A stretch of 64,000 bases of DNA from an uncultured delta proteobacterium (lineage in GTDB: Bacteria; Myxococcota_A; Polyangia; Haliangiales; Haliangiaceae). The translations under genes and the position numbers were made by a program. Numbering within the stretch: the first letter of the stretch is position 1; the number at the start of each line of letters is the position of its first letter. Of the stretch, positions 1-10,207 are shown one piece after another. The notes beneath the pieces are model-generated. The model did no database searches and had not been told where the DNA came from. It saw only the letters and a list, made by a program, of their open reading frames with translations. Location of the stretch: NCBI GenBank assembly GCA_963848295.1, contig CAWKDB010000002.1, positions 64,001 through 128,000 of the forward strand, read 5' to 3'.

Positions 1-1026
1 AGCGGGTTCACGCCGAGCAGCGCGAGGTGCGTCGCGTACGTGTGCCGAAGGCAGTGCCAGCTCCGCTCGGTCAGGCCGGCGATGCGGCACACGCGGTAGA
101 TGCCGTGCTTCGACAGCGCCTCGCTCATGGGCTCGCTTGCGTCGTCGGCGACCACGCGGCCGGTGCGGATGCGCGCGAGCTGGCGGAGGTGAGCCGACGA
201 GCCGCGGAGTCATCGGCACCGTGCGCGGCTTGCCCGACTTCGGGACGCCTTCGACGCCGCGCCGCAGGTGCCGCGCGACCGTGATGGTGCCCGGCGACGA
301 GGTCGAGGTCGCGCCACTCGAGCGCGAGCATCTCGCCGACGCGGAGCCCGCAGTCGGCCACGAGCAGCACCGCCGTCCCCCAGGGCTCGCCGTGGTGCAG
401 CGCCGCGCCGACCATGCGGCCGAGCTCGTCGAAGTCGAGCACCTCGATGGGTGGCGGCGGTGGGTTCTTGACCTTGATGCGGGGCGCCCGCTCGATGACG
501 CCCACGTCCTCCGCGTAGCGCATGGCCGTGCTGAGCGTGGCGAGAATGTTCGCGCGGGTCTTCGCCGACAGCAGGCCGGTGCGCCCGCGCCTCGTCAGGA
601 GCTCGGCGCGGAGAGCGTTCACGGCGCCGAGGTCGATCTCGTCGAGGCGCAGCGGGCCGAGCGTCGGCTCGAGCCACGACCTCGAATATGTACCGCTTCG
701 ACTCGAGGGTCGCGACCCGGTTCTCACCCTCGCCGCGACATCGCTCGGTCCAGTAGCGACCGCGGTAGTCCTCGACGGCGCTCGTGACGCCGCCGCGGAA
801 CCACGCGGAGAGCGTCGGGTGTGTCCGCGCGCGCCAGCGAGCCCGGCGCGTACCTCTCGACCACCGCCTCGGCGAGCGTTCGCTCGACGTGCTCGCGCTC
901 GGCGACCTCGGCCGCGCGCTTCGTGTTGACGTTCGGCGTGCCCGAGATGCGCAGCTTGCTGCCGTCGGGCAGCTTGACCACCACGCGGTAGCGCCACACG
1001 CCGCGCGCGTCGCGATACGCGCTCAC
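1..1026 (-). CDS. Tyrosine recombinase/phage integrase (frameshifted, C-terminus beyond window edge)
   Basis: N-terminal VSAYRDARGVWRYRVVVKLPDGSKLRISG, core KTRANILATLSTAMRYA, catalytic GLRVGEMLALEWRDLD, and WHCLRHTYATHLALLG read from about 1-70. The GTG start overlaps the upstream TGA (GTGA). Confidence 0.92.
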
Positions 1027-1763
1027 TTCGACCCCCTGGCCGCGCGCATCTTCGACGGCGACGACGCTCCGCGCGGCGACTTGCCCGCCGCGAGCGCGCG
1101 CTCGCGCGTCCACAGCGAGTACTCCCCCTCGCGCGATGGCGACACAGCGACCACGCCTGAGGCGGGGTCGGCGAGTAAAGCCATAATTGCGCGGCGAGCG
1201 CCGCGCCAGTCGAGGGACCGTCCGAGGCGCCCGCCTGCCCATGCGGCAAGCCCCTTCCACGTCAGCGGCTTGTCCGCGCTCGACAACACCTCGATGAACG
1301 CTTGCGTCATCACCTTGCGTGCCTCGAGCTCGCGCGCAATCGATTCCCGTGCAGTGCGACGAGCTTTTTGCTGGGCCCGAGACAGAGCCTGGAAGTCGGC
1401 GGCCTCGGGGCATGCCCCTACGAGAACGTGCAGGAGCGCGTGGGTCGTCCCGGGATCGGCATTCTTGAACCCCGTCACCACGTCCTCGTAGTCGCGAAGG
1501 ACCTCCCAGACTCCAAGTGCGCCATCGCGGCGCGTGTAGACGTACTCGCGCTCGTCCACGCCACGAGTGCCGATGCCGAAGTGGACGCCCGCAGGATCGA
1601 ACGTCAGGTCGAGCGCGGTGAGCGCGAGGACAACATCCTCGCTGTGGCTGAGCCACCGATGAAAAGTAATCGGCGCGTCGCTCGCCGCGAGGTACGTCGG
1701 CACGTCGTCGCCTGACATCTCGACGACGGGCTTCCGCTTCGTGGTGGTCTTTTTCTGCGGCAT
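1023..1763 (-). CDS. Hypothetical 246-aa protein whose C-terminal domain resembles the C-terminus of the element's helicase
   Basis: Clean ORF from MPQKKTTTKRK. Coupled to the upstream gene (TGATG) and to the integrase (GTGA). Confidence 0.7.
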   Translation of the reverse strand: MPQKKTTTKRKPVVEMSGDDVPTYLAASDAPITFHRWLSHSEDVVLALTALDLTFDPAGVHFGIGTRGVDEREYVYTRRDGALGVWEVLRDYEDVVTGFKNADPGTTHALLHVLVGACPEAADFQALSRAQQKARRTARESIARELEARKVMTQAFIEVLSSADKPLTWKGLAAWAGGRLGRSLDWRGARRAIMALLADPASGVVAVSPSREGEYSLWTRERALAAGKSPRGASSPSKMRAARGSK

Positions 1764-1991
1764 CACGACTTCGACCCCGCCGAGCTCGAGCGCTTCGCCG
1801 CGCGCACGAGCACCTCGCGCGCCCATTGCATCGTGGCGAGGCCGGCATCGCGCGCGGCGCGGTGAAAGAGGTCGCGCTCGGCCGCGGTGAGGCGCATCGA
1901 GAGCACGACGTCGGACGCGTGCTCGGCGCGTGGCTTGCGACCGGCCCCGGTTCGGGGGCCGCCGTGCTTCGGGGTGCGGTGACTTGGGCAT
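1763..1991 (-). CDS. Small ribbon-helix-helix-like DNA-binding protein (one frameshift near 1970)
   Basis: Not in the ORF track. Reads MPKSPHP/KHGGPRTGAGRKPRAEHASDVVLSMRLTAAERDLFHRAARDAGLATMQWAREVLVRAA: a GGxRxGAGRK motif followed by a strand-helix-helix pattern. Confidence 0.65.
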
Positions 1992-2061
1992 GTCCACGAG
2001 AGTCTACCTTTCGTAGTTCGGTTTCAAGAGATAACGATCGACGGAATCAAGGTCGACGAAC

Positions 2062-2202
2062 GACCTCGAGCTCAGGCGTGCGCCGACTCGACTGCAACCG
2101 GCTCGAGGTCAACCACATCGACTGCCACACGACACCCGCACTACTAGTGCGGGGCAGGCAGTGCTGTGTACATGCAGCCGGGTAGATGTCAGGCAGCAGT
2201 CG
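2062..2202. promoter_or_regulatory. Candidate replication origin or operator region with inverted repeats and iteron-like motifs
   Basis: Perfect inverted repeats GACCTCGAGC/GCTCGAGGTC (2062-2110) and CCCGCACTA-C-TAGTGCGGG (2135-2153). TCGACTGC at 2088 and 2118, with inverted GCAGTCG at 2196. Lies directly downstream of the helicase. Confidence 0.4.
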
Positions 2203-2244
2203 GGCCGGTGTCGGTCGACGCCGGAGCTGACAGTGCCCAAAGGT

Positions 2245-3472
2245 CACGGCTTCCGCAGCGCCTACTGCGGCGAGCGCGAGGTCTCGGCGTCCACAGCAGG
2301 GATAGCGAGCGCGCCCCGCGGTCGGGTGGCACCTCGACGACGCTCGAGCCGGGGTCTGCGAGCAGTCGCAGCGACCGCCGCGCGCGAGACGTCGCGGCCC
2401 ACACGCCGCCGCGATGCGTGCGGATGCTCACGCGCCACCGATTGAGCGAGCTCGCCGCTGGCGGCGAGCGTGGCTTCGCGCCGCTCGCCGTCGAGCTCCG
2501 CGGCGGTCGACTGGCGAGCTTCGCCTTCCGCCCCTCGCGCACCTCTCGCGCCGGCCTCGCCGCGCCGTCGACCGTCCAGCGGCCGGTGCGTCCGCAGTAG
2601 CCCGCCGGGATGACGACGTCGCCGGTCCCCATGCGGCAGCTTGCCGAGCGAGAGCTCGACTGCACACGTTCCGTCGGGAGCGCTCGGGGCCGTGACCGCC
2701 GATGGCGACGGTGAGGTGCGCGGCGCGCTCGATGGCCGCGGACTCCGCGCCGGTGTCGGTGGTGTCGGCGCCGACGGCCTCATCTGCGCGCAGCGACCGC
2801 GACGCCGCGCGCGACGTCTGAGACACGGCGACGGCGAGCGACGCGGTGCGACCTGGCACCACCGAGCGACGTGCCTCGATGACGTCGGACGACGCGCGCC
2901 CGCTGGTCGTGCGCCGAGTCGACGGCATGATCTGCACGTAGTCGACGACGACGAGCATCGGTTCGCCCGGGTGGCGCTCGACGAGCTGCGCCCGCGCCGA
3001 CTCGAGGCCATCGAGCGTTGCGTCCTCGCCATCAATCACGACGAGCCGCTCGGGCAGCGCCGAGAGCATCGTCACGTCATCGACCTGACCGCGGATCACT
3101 TCGCGGCCACGAGTGGCCTCGGCTCATGCCGACGACGCGCGCGTCGACGAAGCGCGCCGGCAACTCGCGCGATAGGTAGAGCGCCGGGCCCAGATTGTTG
3201 GCGTGCGAGCATGCGAGCTGCGCAGCGAGCGACGACTTGCCCGAGCCCGTCGAGCCGATGACGCACGACGAGCTCGCCGCTTGGGACCCGGGCGAGCTCG
3301 CCGGGGTCGAGCTCGAGCGTGACCCACGGCTCGCGCGCCCGGGCGCGAATCTCGGCGACGCGCTCTGCAGGCGTCCGCAGCCTCGACCGGCTCGCGCTCG
3401 TCTCGACTTCGGCGTGCCTAGGGCGAGGGCCTCGCGCACGAGCGCGGCGCTGCTTCGATGCGCCGCGCTCAC
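2245..3472 (-). CDS. DnaB-like (SF4) replicative helicase/ATPase, multiply frameshifted; 3' end approximate
   Basis: Walker A IGSTGSGKSS, YLSRE, Walker B VVVDYVQ, SQTSR and GAESAAIERAAHL motifs spread over three frames. Confidence 0.8.
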
Positions 3473-4486
3473 GGTTGCCACCCCGCGCAGTCGAGCGTCC
3501 GTTCAGATCTTTGTGTGGTGCCGAAGTTCGACGAGCTCGGACACTCGCGGTCGAGCACGAGGCCGTGCCGGCTACGAGCTGCGGCGCAGCGCCGCGTGCG
3601 GCACCCGCCGCGCCACTTCCGCCGGGGCCGTCGTCATGCGGCGACGATGAGGAGCTCGCCGATGCTCAAGTCACGGACGATGCGGCGCAACGCATCGACG
3701 ACGTCGGCCATGCGGCTTCGCATCGTTCGCGCCGAGCACGCGACCGCGTGCGGCCAGAGCACGCGCAAGCGGTCAGCGTGTCGAACAGGCCCTCGGCGCA
3801 GGATGACAGTGTCGGACGAGCTCGGTTACGTCTGCACACGCCCGACGAGCGAGCTTCGAGTCGTGCCGCCACCGGGCAGCACGCGCACCTTGGTCTGGTC
3901 GGCGGCCGCGCGCGAGCACGCGGTACACGACCATCTGACGAGCTCGCCGTCGAAGCCATGCAACCGCACGGCGACATCGCCGCACGCGCGGAAGCGCACG
4001 ACGCGTCCGCAGATCGGCAGCGCCGGTTCAAGACCGCGACGGCGCGAGGTACGTCCTCGCCCTTCGGGTGTCGCCACTGGAACGCGCCCCACGCTCGCTC
4101 GGCGCTCGCGCGCCGCGCGAGCACAGCATCGAGGTCGACCGCCCGCTGGCTTCGCCACGCGTCGAGCGGGTTGCTTCGGCGACTTCGCGCCGAGACGCGC
4201 GATGCTCTCCGGCGACCGCGAGCACCTTCAGAAAGTCGCGGCGGCCCGTCGAGGCCTAGGTACCCCGCGATGAGCGAGAGAACGTCGCTGCCTTCTCGCC
4301 GCACGCGTGGCAGTGCCACTCTCCGCTCGCCCGATTCACGGCGACCGAGGCGCGTCGATGCTCTACGCCGCTCGGGCACGACTTCGCGCGGAGCTCGTCG
4401 CTGCCGTCGTACGGAATGTTGAACGCGTCGAGCACGAGCGACGCGTGACCGACGAGCGCGCGCTTCACTTCGACGGCGCGCATCAT
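3469..4486 (-). CDS. DNA primase (CHC2-type Zn finger plus TOPRIM), multiply frameshifted
   Basis: SCPSGVEHRRASVAVNRASGEWHCHACGE, GSDVLSLIA, TOPRIM EGLFD, DDGPG and KDLN motifs. Start/stop overlaps with both neighbours. Confidence 0.75.
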
Positions 4487-4793
4487 GGTGCACCTCGTCG
4501 GCCCGCGAGCTTCGGCGGCGTCCACTCGCCGCGCGCCCACGCCTCAATGTTCGCAGGCGAGCCGAGCCAGCGACGGCCAACGCGGCGGAGTACGCCGTCG
4601 TTCTCGAGCTGCGCGATAACTCGAGCGGAGCACCGTGACGCGCGACATGCCCGAGCACGTTCGCGACGAACGGCCGAGGACATCGAGCGCAGCTTGGTGG
4701 GTGTGCTTCGAGCTCGCCGAGCGCGGGCTGGCGTTGGTCGCGAATCACGACCGCGCTCCGCTCCGCGCGCGCGTGGGTTCGCCGCTCGGTCAA
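4483..4793 (-). CDS. Small Xis/AlpA-like helix-turn-helix protein (frameshifted)
   Basis: FVANVLGMSRVTV...GVLRRVGRRWLGSPANIEAWARG pattern, located directly upstream of the primase. Confidence 0.5.
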
Positions 4794-5031
4794 CTAGCGA
4801 TGCGCTTCGGCGGCGATGAGCTGCTCGAGCTCTCCGCTGCGTAGCTCGAGGACGCGCTCGAGCGCGCGCACAGTGCTCTGGTGCGGCGTGAGTCGGTTCT
4901 CTTCGATGCGGGCGACGGTGGTGCTCGACGTCGCGGGCGCGACTCGCGAGGTCAACGCGCCGCCAGCCGCGGGCTACGGCGATGCTCGCGGACGGCGTCC
5001 CGAGCGACAATGATGGTTTCTTGGTGCCCAT
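4794..5031 (-). CDS. XRE/Cro-family HTH regulator (frameshifted)
   Basis: ARGWRRVDLASRA/TSSTTVARIEENRLTPHQSTVRALERVLEL across two frames. Confidence 0.7.
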
Positions 5032-5065
5032 GTTGACGCTACTCTCGGTTGGGAATTCGTCTCCA

Positions 5066-5734
5066 GTGGCCGTCAAAATCAAAATCCCAATCCCTCGACC
5101 GCGCTCGCTTGAGCGCCGTCGCGCCGTCACCGACGACGGCCGAGGTATGGGTCCGCTGCGACGCGAGGACTACGCACAGTGGTTCGCGGAGTACCCGCAG
5201 CTGCGCCAGCTCGCGTCTCTCGCGACGCGGGCGTTCGACATCGCTGATCGCGAGTCGGTGGACCTACGTAACGACCGACGCGGCCGACCGCGCGACCGAC
5301 ACCCAGAGGTCGCCGGTTTCGTACGCTGGGCGGTCGAACTAGTCGGCCCCAAAGTTCTGGCGCTAACGCTCGTCGTCGGTGGTGTGCTCGATGACGGCGC
5401 CGGACGATACCTGGCGGGTCAACTCTCGCCGCGAGACCGACGCGATTCGAGCAGGCCCGATAGCCGCACCGGCCTCCGGCAGCTTGCGATGCGGCTCGAG
5501 CAGATTGCGCGCGCTGCGCGCCGTCGCGAAAAAGTGAGGCTGGTGATCGCTGCAGGAACCGATGCCCGCGGGCTGAACGACCACCACGGCGACACGCGTT
5601 TTCCACGACCGCGAATCGCCGCTGCCTCGAAGGAGTTCCTTAGCCGATGCCGCTCAGCTGCAAGAGCGCGCGCGTCTCGCCAGCTGTCAATTCGCGTGCG
5701 TTCACGCGCTGGCCGCGTGCCATCGCGGCGATGA
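5066..5734 (+). CDS. Hypothetical protein divergent from the XRE-primase-helicase operon; ends uncertain
   Basis: Protein-like ORF segment MGPLRREDYAQWFAEYPQLRQLASLATRAFDIA. Confidence 0.45.
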   Translation: MAVKIKIPIPRPRSLERRRAVTDDGRGMGPLRREDYAQWFAEYPQLRQLASLATRAFDIADRESVDLRNDRRGRPRDRHPEVAGFVRWAVELVGPKVLALTLVVGGVLDDGAGRYLAGQLSPRDRRDSSRPDSRTGLRQLAMRLEQIARAARRREKVRLVIAAGTDARGLNDHHGDTRFPRPRIAAASKEFLSRCRSAARARASRQLSIRVRSRAGRVPSRR

Positions 5735-6626
5735 ACAGCGCGCGCAACCTGTCGGTCCGCGTGCGACTTGCGCGCTCGCGATGCGAGACGCCTCCATCGC
5801 TGCGGGGCGTATCGAGCGGCCGACCGACATCGCGGAACCGCAGGTCGAGAGCATCGTCTCCGAGACCGAGGCCGCCGAGTCGTGCGCGCACTTCGTCGGG
5901 CGTAGCGGTGACCGCGTTGATGCTGACCCGCCGCCAGTTCGGCCGCGCGCCGCTCTCGCACCTCGCGTTCGTATCGGGCTTGCTTGCGGCTCGAAGCGAT
6001 TCGCGAGGCGGCGCGACCGGGCGGCGTCGGGTTGACCGTGCGCCATCCCGATGACGCCCGGCATCTCCACGCCGGCCGCACGCGCGACGCGTTGCACGTC
6101 GTCGGCGGTGAGTTCAAATGCCGGCGGCATCCGCGGCGGTCGCGGTGCCGAAGGAGGCGCCGTCGGCTTCGTCGAAGCGGGCGCCGGAGCTGGCGCGGTC
6201 GGCTTCCGTGTCTTCGCTGCTCTCTGTTCCCGGTGGACGAGTCGCAGCAGCGGGTCCGTGGGTAAGGTGGGCATCGTCGTGGTCTTCCGTGATTGTGAGG
6301 TTGGTGTCGGACGTGAGCTGCGCATCGGCGGCGCGGCCCGCTCGTCGAGCGCGTGCTCGACCGCAGCGTTGCTCGGAAAAGTGCAGAGCATCTGTCGCTG
6401 CGCCACCGCGAGTACGCGCGGTTCCAGCCGGGCGGTCTCGTGCGCGCGATTTCTTGTCCGTCGACTCGAGCGCTCTGCGCCGAGCAGCAACGCGGCGACG
6501 CGGTCGGCGATGTCGCGGTCGCCGCGATCGAGCGCAGCATCGAGTTGTTGCACGTGGGCGGCGAAATAGCTGACCCATGCGGTCGCATCGAATCTTGTCG
6601 GGGATGCGCTGGCGTTGGCTGCTCAC
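5640..6626 (-). CDS. One or two hypothetical proteins (frameshifted, Pro-rich linker)
   Basis: Protein-like segments QQLDAALDRGDRDIADRVAALLLG, FELTADDVQRVARAAG and RLRALFIAAMARG in different frames. Confidence 0.4.
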
Positions 6627-7021
6627 GCCGCACGCTCCACGAAGTGGTCGGCCTCGACGAGCAGCGCGTTCGCAAGTGCGATGACGAGTGCACGGTCCCG
6701 CATGGTCGTCAGCGAGAAGGCTTCAGCGTGAAGCCGGCGGGCACGGCGTCCGAGACCTTCGCGACGCCGACAGTGCGTTGATACGTCCCGCCGGCCGCCG
6801 ACGTCGGGCAACCGGCTTGCGAGGCGTAAGGAATCGAGTCCGGGACCATCGGCCATCTCGGGGCCGCGCCACCGTGCGAAGCCCGCGGTCCCGCCGAGCT
6901 TGAGCGCCTGGTTTCGCGGCGTCGCGTGGTTCACCGGCGAGCGCGGTGGGCTGGTGCCGGCTCGCGGCGCTTCGACCGAGGGCGAGTTGTGCGGAGCGTT
7001 GGTGGTTGACTTCGTGGACAT
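6623..7021 (-). CDS. Hypothetical protein
   Basis: ATG at 7021 (MSTKSTTNAPH) just downstream of an AT-rich divergent spacer. Its stop overlaps the next GTG. Confidence 0.4.
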   Translation of the reverse strand: MSTKSTTNAPHNSPSVEAPRAGTSPPRSPVNHATPRNQALKLGGTAGFARWRGPEMADGPGLDSLRLASRLPDVGGRRDVSTHCRRREGLGRRARRLHAEAFSLTTMRDRALVIALANALLVEADHFVERAA

Positions 7022-7075
7022 AGTCACAATTCTATTGCACCTGCAAGCCGATGTCAGCTGGTATCGTGATTTGTT

Positions 7076-7726
7076 ATGACGCCGAAGCCAGTCACGCCCG
7101 CCGAGCTCGCTCGACTCCGCGCCGCGTTCACGTCTCGCCGACCGTCGAGCCCGTCCGACTTCGCAGCGGTTGCCGCCGACGTCGGAGTGACCTCGGGGCA
7201 GGCCCGCCGCGCGTGGCTGTACGGTTGGGCCGCCGCAGGTATCGCGCCGCTCGAGCGCGAGCTCGGGTCCGCCGCCGCGGCGCAGCGCCAACTCGGCGTC
7301 GCCGTCGCCACCGCCGAGATGGTCGCCGACGAGTGCGTGCGACGCGCGGCCGAGCTCGGCGAGCACGTCGCCGGGCTCGTGCCGGTCGCGAAGCGACTGG
7401 TCGCGGCGCTCGTCGACGCGCCCGACCTCGCGCAGCTGGCTCCGTCGCTGGCGTTGTCGGCGCTGCGCCAGGTGACGAGCGTGCTCGGTCGCGCGGGCAA
7501 CGTCGCCGCCGACGCCGTCGAGCTGCAACGGCTGGTCGGCGGTCAGGCCGGTCGTATCGTCGCCGTGCAACACGGCGCATCGCCCGACACGATCGACATC
7601 GAGGCCGCGGCTCGCACGCTCGCCGGAACCCAGCGCGCGCTCGAGCGCGCGGCGAAGGCGCGAGCGCCCGCCGCGCCGGACGTCGTCGGGTCGACGGAGC
7701 CGACCGGAGACCCGCGTGTCAACTGA
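7076..7726 (+). CDS. Putative terminase small subunit (N-terminal HTH, helical body)
   Basis: HTH-like FAAVAADVGVTSGQARRAWLYGW. Overlaps the start of the large terminase. Assignment is by position and architecture only. Confidence 0.55.
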   Translation: MTPKPVTPAELARLRAAFTSRRPSSPSDFAAVAADVGVTSGQARRAWLYGWAAAGIAPLERELGSAAAAQRQLGVAVATAEMVADECVRRAAELGEHVAGLVPVAKRLVAALVDAPDLAQLAPSLALSALRQVTSVLGRAGNVAADAVELQRLVGGQAGRIVAVQHGASPDTIDIEAAARTLAGTQRALERAAKARAPAAPDVVGSTEPTGDPRVN

Positions 7727-9148
7727 GCTCGCCGCCAACGTCGACGCGCAGCGGCGAGTGTGGGCGCAGCTCGCGAGCCGCGACTTCCCGACGTTCTGCG
7801 AATTCGTGCTCGAGGACGAGGCGGGCGGCGAGGTGACGCTCGCGCCGATGCACCTCGAGTGGTGCCGGCTCCTCGACGAGCATCCGCGACTTGTCATCTC
7901 GGCGCACATCGAATCGGCGAAGACATCGCTCGGCGTCGTCGCTCGCACGCTCTGGCTCCTCGGTCAGAACCCATCGGCGCGCATCGCCATCGTGTCGAAC
8001 ACGGCGACCATGGCGCAGAAGATTCTGCGCGATCGTCGCGAAGTACATCGTGGGCTCGACGCGGCTGCGCGAGGTGTTTCCGGCCATCGCGCCCGACTAC
8101 AACTCCTTGTGGCGAGCGAACGCGATCACCATCGCTCGCCCGACGTTCACGCGCGACCCGTCCGTGCAGGCGCTCGGCACCGACGGCGCGTTGCTTGGCA
8201 GCCGACTCGACGCCGCATTCCTCGACGACGTCGAGACGTACGCCTCGACCTGCACGGTCGAGGGCCGCGCGAAGGTCGCGGGGTGGGTGCGCTCGACGGT
8301 GCTGACTCGACTCGTCAGTGGCGGTCGCGTCGTCGTGCTCGGTCCCGCGTGGCACGGAGCCGACCTCCTGCACACGCTCGAGGCCGACGGATGGCCGACG
8401 TATCGCTACAGCGTGCAGGATGACGAGGGCCGGTCGCGCTGGCCCGAGCGGTGGCCGCTGGCGCGCATCGCCGCGAAGCGAGTCGAGCTCGGTCGTCGCG
8501 CCGCCGCGAACCAACTCGACGTGGTGCCGCTCGCCGAGGGCGGCAAGATTGACCCGGCGTGGGTCGACGCGGCGCTCGCTCGCGGAGCTCGGCGCCCGCT
8601 CTTGCCGTACGTGCACCAAGCGCCCGACGGGTGCAGCATCGTGTGCGGCGTCGACCTCGCCGTGGGTCAACAGAAGCACCACGACCGCACCGCCATCGCG
8701 ACCGTGTTCGTGCACCGCGACGGACACCGCGAGCTCGTCGCGATGGAGTCGGGGCGCTGGACTGCGCCCGACATCGTCAAGCGCATCCACGCCGTCAACG
8801 AACGGTTCCGCCCGGTGTGCATCCTCGTCGAGAGCAACGCGGCGCAGATGTACATCGTGCAGATGACGCGACAGCTGGCCTCGGTGCCGGTGCGCCCGTA
8901 CACGACCGGCGGTGGCACGCGGTCACTGCACTACGGCGTCGACGGCCTCTCCGTCGAGCTCGAGCGTGGGCAGTGGACGATTCGAGGAGGGCGACCCCGA
9001 GGTCGAGGGGCTCGCGCGCGAGGTCTGCTACTACGACCCGCGCGCTCACGTCGGCGACCGACTCGCAGCGCTCGTGCTCGCGCGCCACGCGGCCGAGCAG
9101 CGCGCGAACCGCGTCGAGTTCTTTCATCACGACTTCAGCGCACGGTAA
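7716..9148 (+). CDS. Phage terminase large subunit (frameshifts near 8030 and 8982)
   Basis: RLVISAHIESAKT (deviant Walker A), LLGSRLDAAFLDD (Walker B), RVVVLGPAWHGADL, RWPERWPL, RNase-H-fold nuclease GVDLA...DRTAI...VESNAAQ...HVGDRLAA. Confidence 0.88.
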
Positions 9149-9153
9149 TACCT

Positions 9154-9662
9154 ATGCGGTCGTGGTGGAACAGCTCACCGACTGGTCGACCGAATGGTTT
9201 GACCTTCAGGTGACGCAGCAACGCTTCTACGCGTCGGCGAAGGTCGAGTCTCGCGCCAGCTCCAAGGACCTCTGCGTCGGACCTCCAGGTTGTCGACTCT
9301 CGTGTGACCGCGATTGGGAGCGATGCACTTCGATGTTGGCGGTCAGGAATCGTGGCACCGCGTCGGAGACAGCCTCGCGCCGAAGGCAATCTGGTCCACT
9401 GCTTTCACGAACCGTGTTGGGCTCCAAGCGTTGAGATTGTCGAGAGGCCGCGGACCGGACGGCTCCCCGGCCAGGCTCTGTAACTGTGCGACCTTCCGAA
9501 ACATAGACGCACGGCGTGGCGTTCGACGTGAACCATGAAATTAGACGCCTGACAGACGCGGACACAGGGTACGTCGTGCGGACGATTAATGACCACTGGA
9601 CGCGTCTACTCGACGAGTCGAAGAACATGGCCGAGGACGTGCTAAAGAGGGCGTTACAATGA
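9154..9662 (+). CDS. Cargo cassette gene 1, hypothetical (possibly TIGR04255-like; frameshifted, perhaps 5'-truncated)
   Basis: Segments STEWFDLQVTQQRF, MHFDVGGQESWHRVGDSLAPKAIW, VTVRPS and GVAFDVNHE...LLDESKNMAEDVLKRALQ. Lower GC than the flanks. Family assignment is from memory. Confidence 0.5.
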
Positions 9663-10207
9663 GCCGTCAGTAGCGCTCAGCTTGCGTTCGACCTCACGAC
9701 GGCCGCAGACGCCGTGGTCGATGGGAGGCACTTCGTCGAGGGGGAAGGCGGACGACGCCTCCGCGAAGCGTGTGGAATCGGCTAAGCGCGTGGCCCGGAG
9801 AGCTCCCCCTTCGGAAATTCTTGCTCCAGAGACCGCCGCAGAAGACCGCCGCGATGAATCTGCCAGTCAGATTATTTTGCAGAGTTGGGAGTGCACGGTG
9901 CTGAGCGTCAGCGACGACGTGTTTGTGGCATCGCTCCGCTCGCTCCGGGATCCAACTGCCCCCGAGCTGGAAGCCGATATCCCTCGCGACGATGTGACGC
10001 CCGACGACCTCGAGCTACTCGAGCCGGGGCGGTGTTCTATGGAGCATTGGATACGAAACGCGGGGCGGACAGCGCCGTTGCGCGTCGCAACTCGCTTTTC
10101 GACGACTGCCGGCGTGGACCCAGCGCGACGTTGACCGTGTCCGAGATCGAGCGAGAAAGCTCTTCGCGGAGTTCGGGAAGCCCGACGATGGCACCACCCA
10201 GCGCTAA
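9659..10207 (+). CDS. Cargo cassette gene 2, hypothetical (frameshifted)
   Basis: LQSWECTVLSVSDDVFVASLRSL...DDLELLEPG/AVFY/WSIGYETRGGQRRCASQLAFRRLPAWT. ATGA overlap with gene 1; its 3' end overlaps gene 3. Confidence 0.65.
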
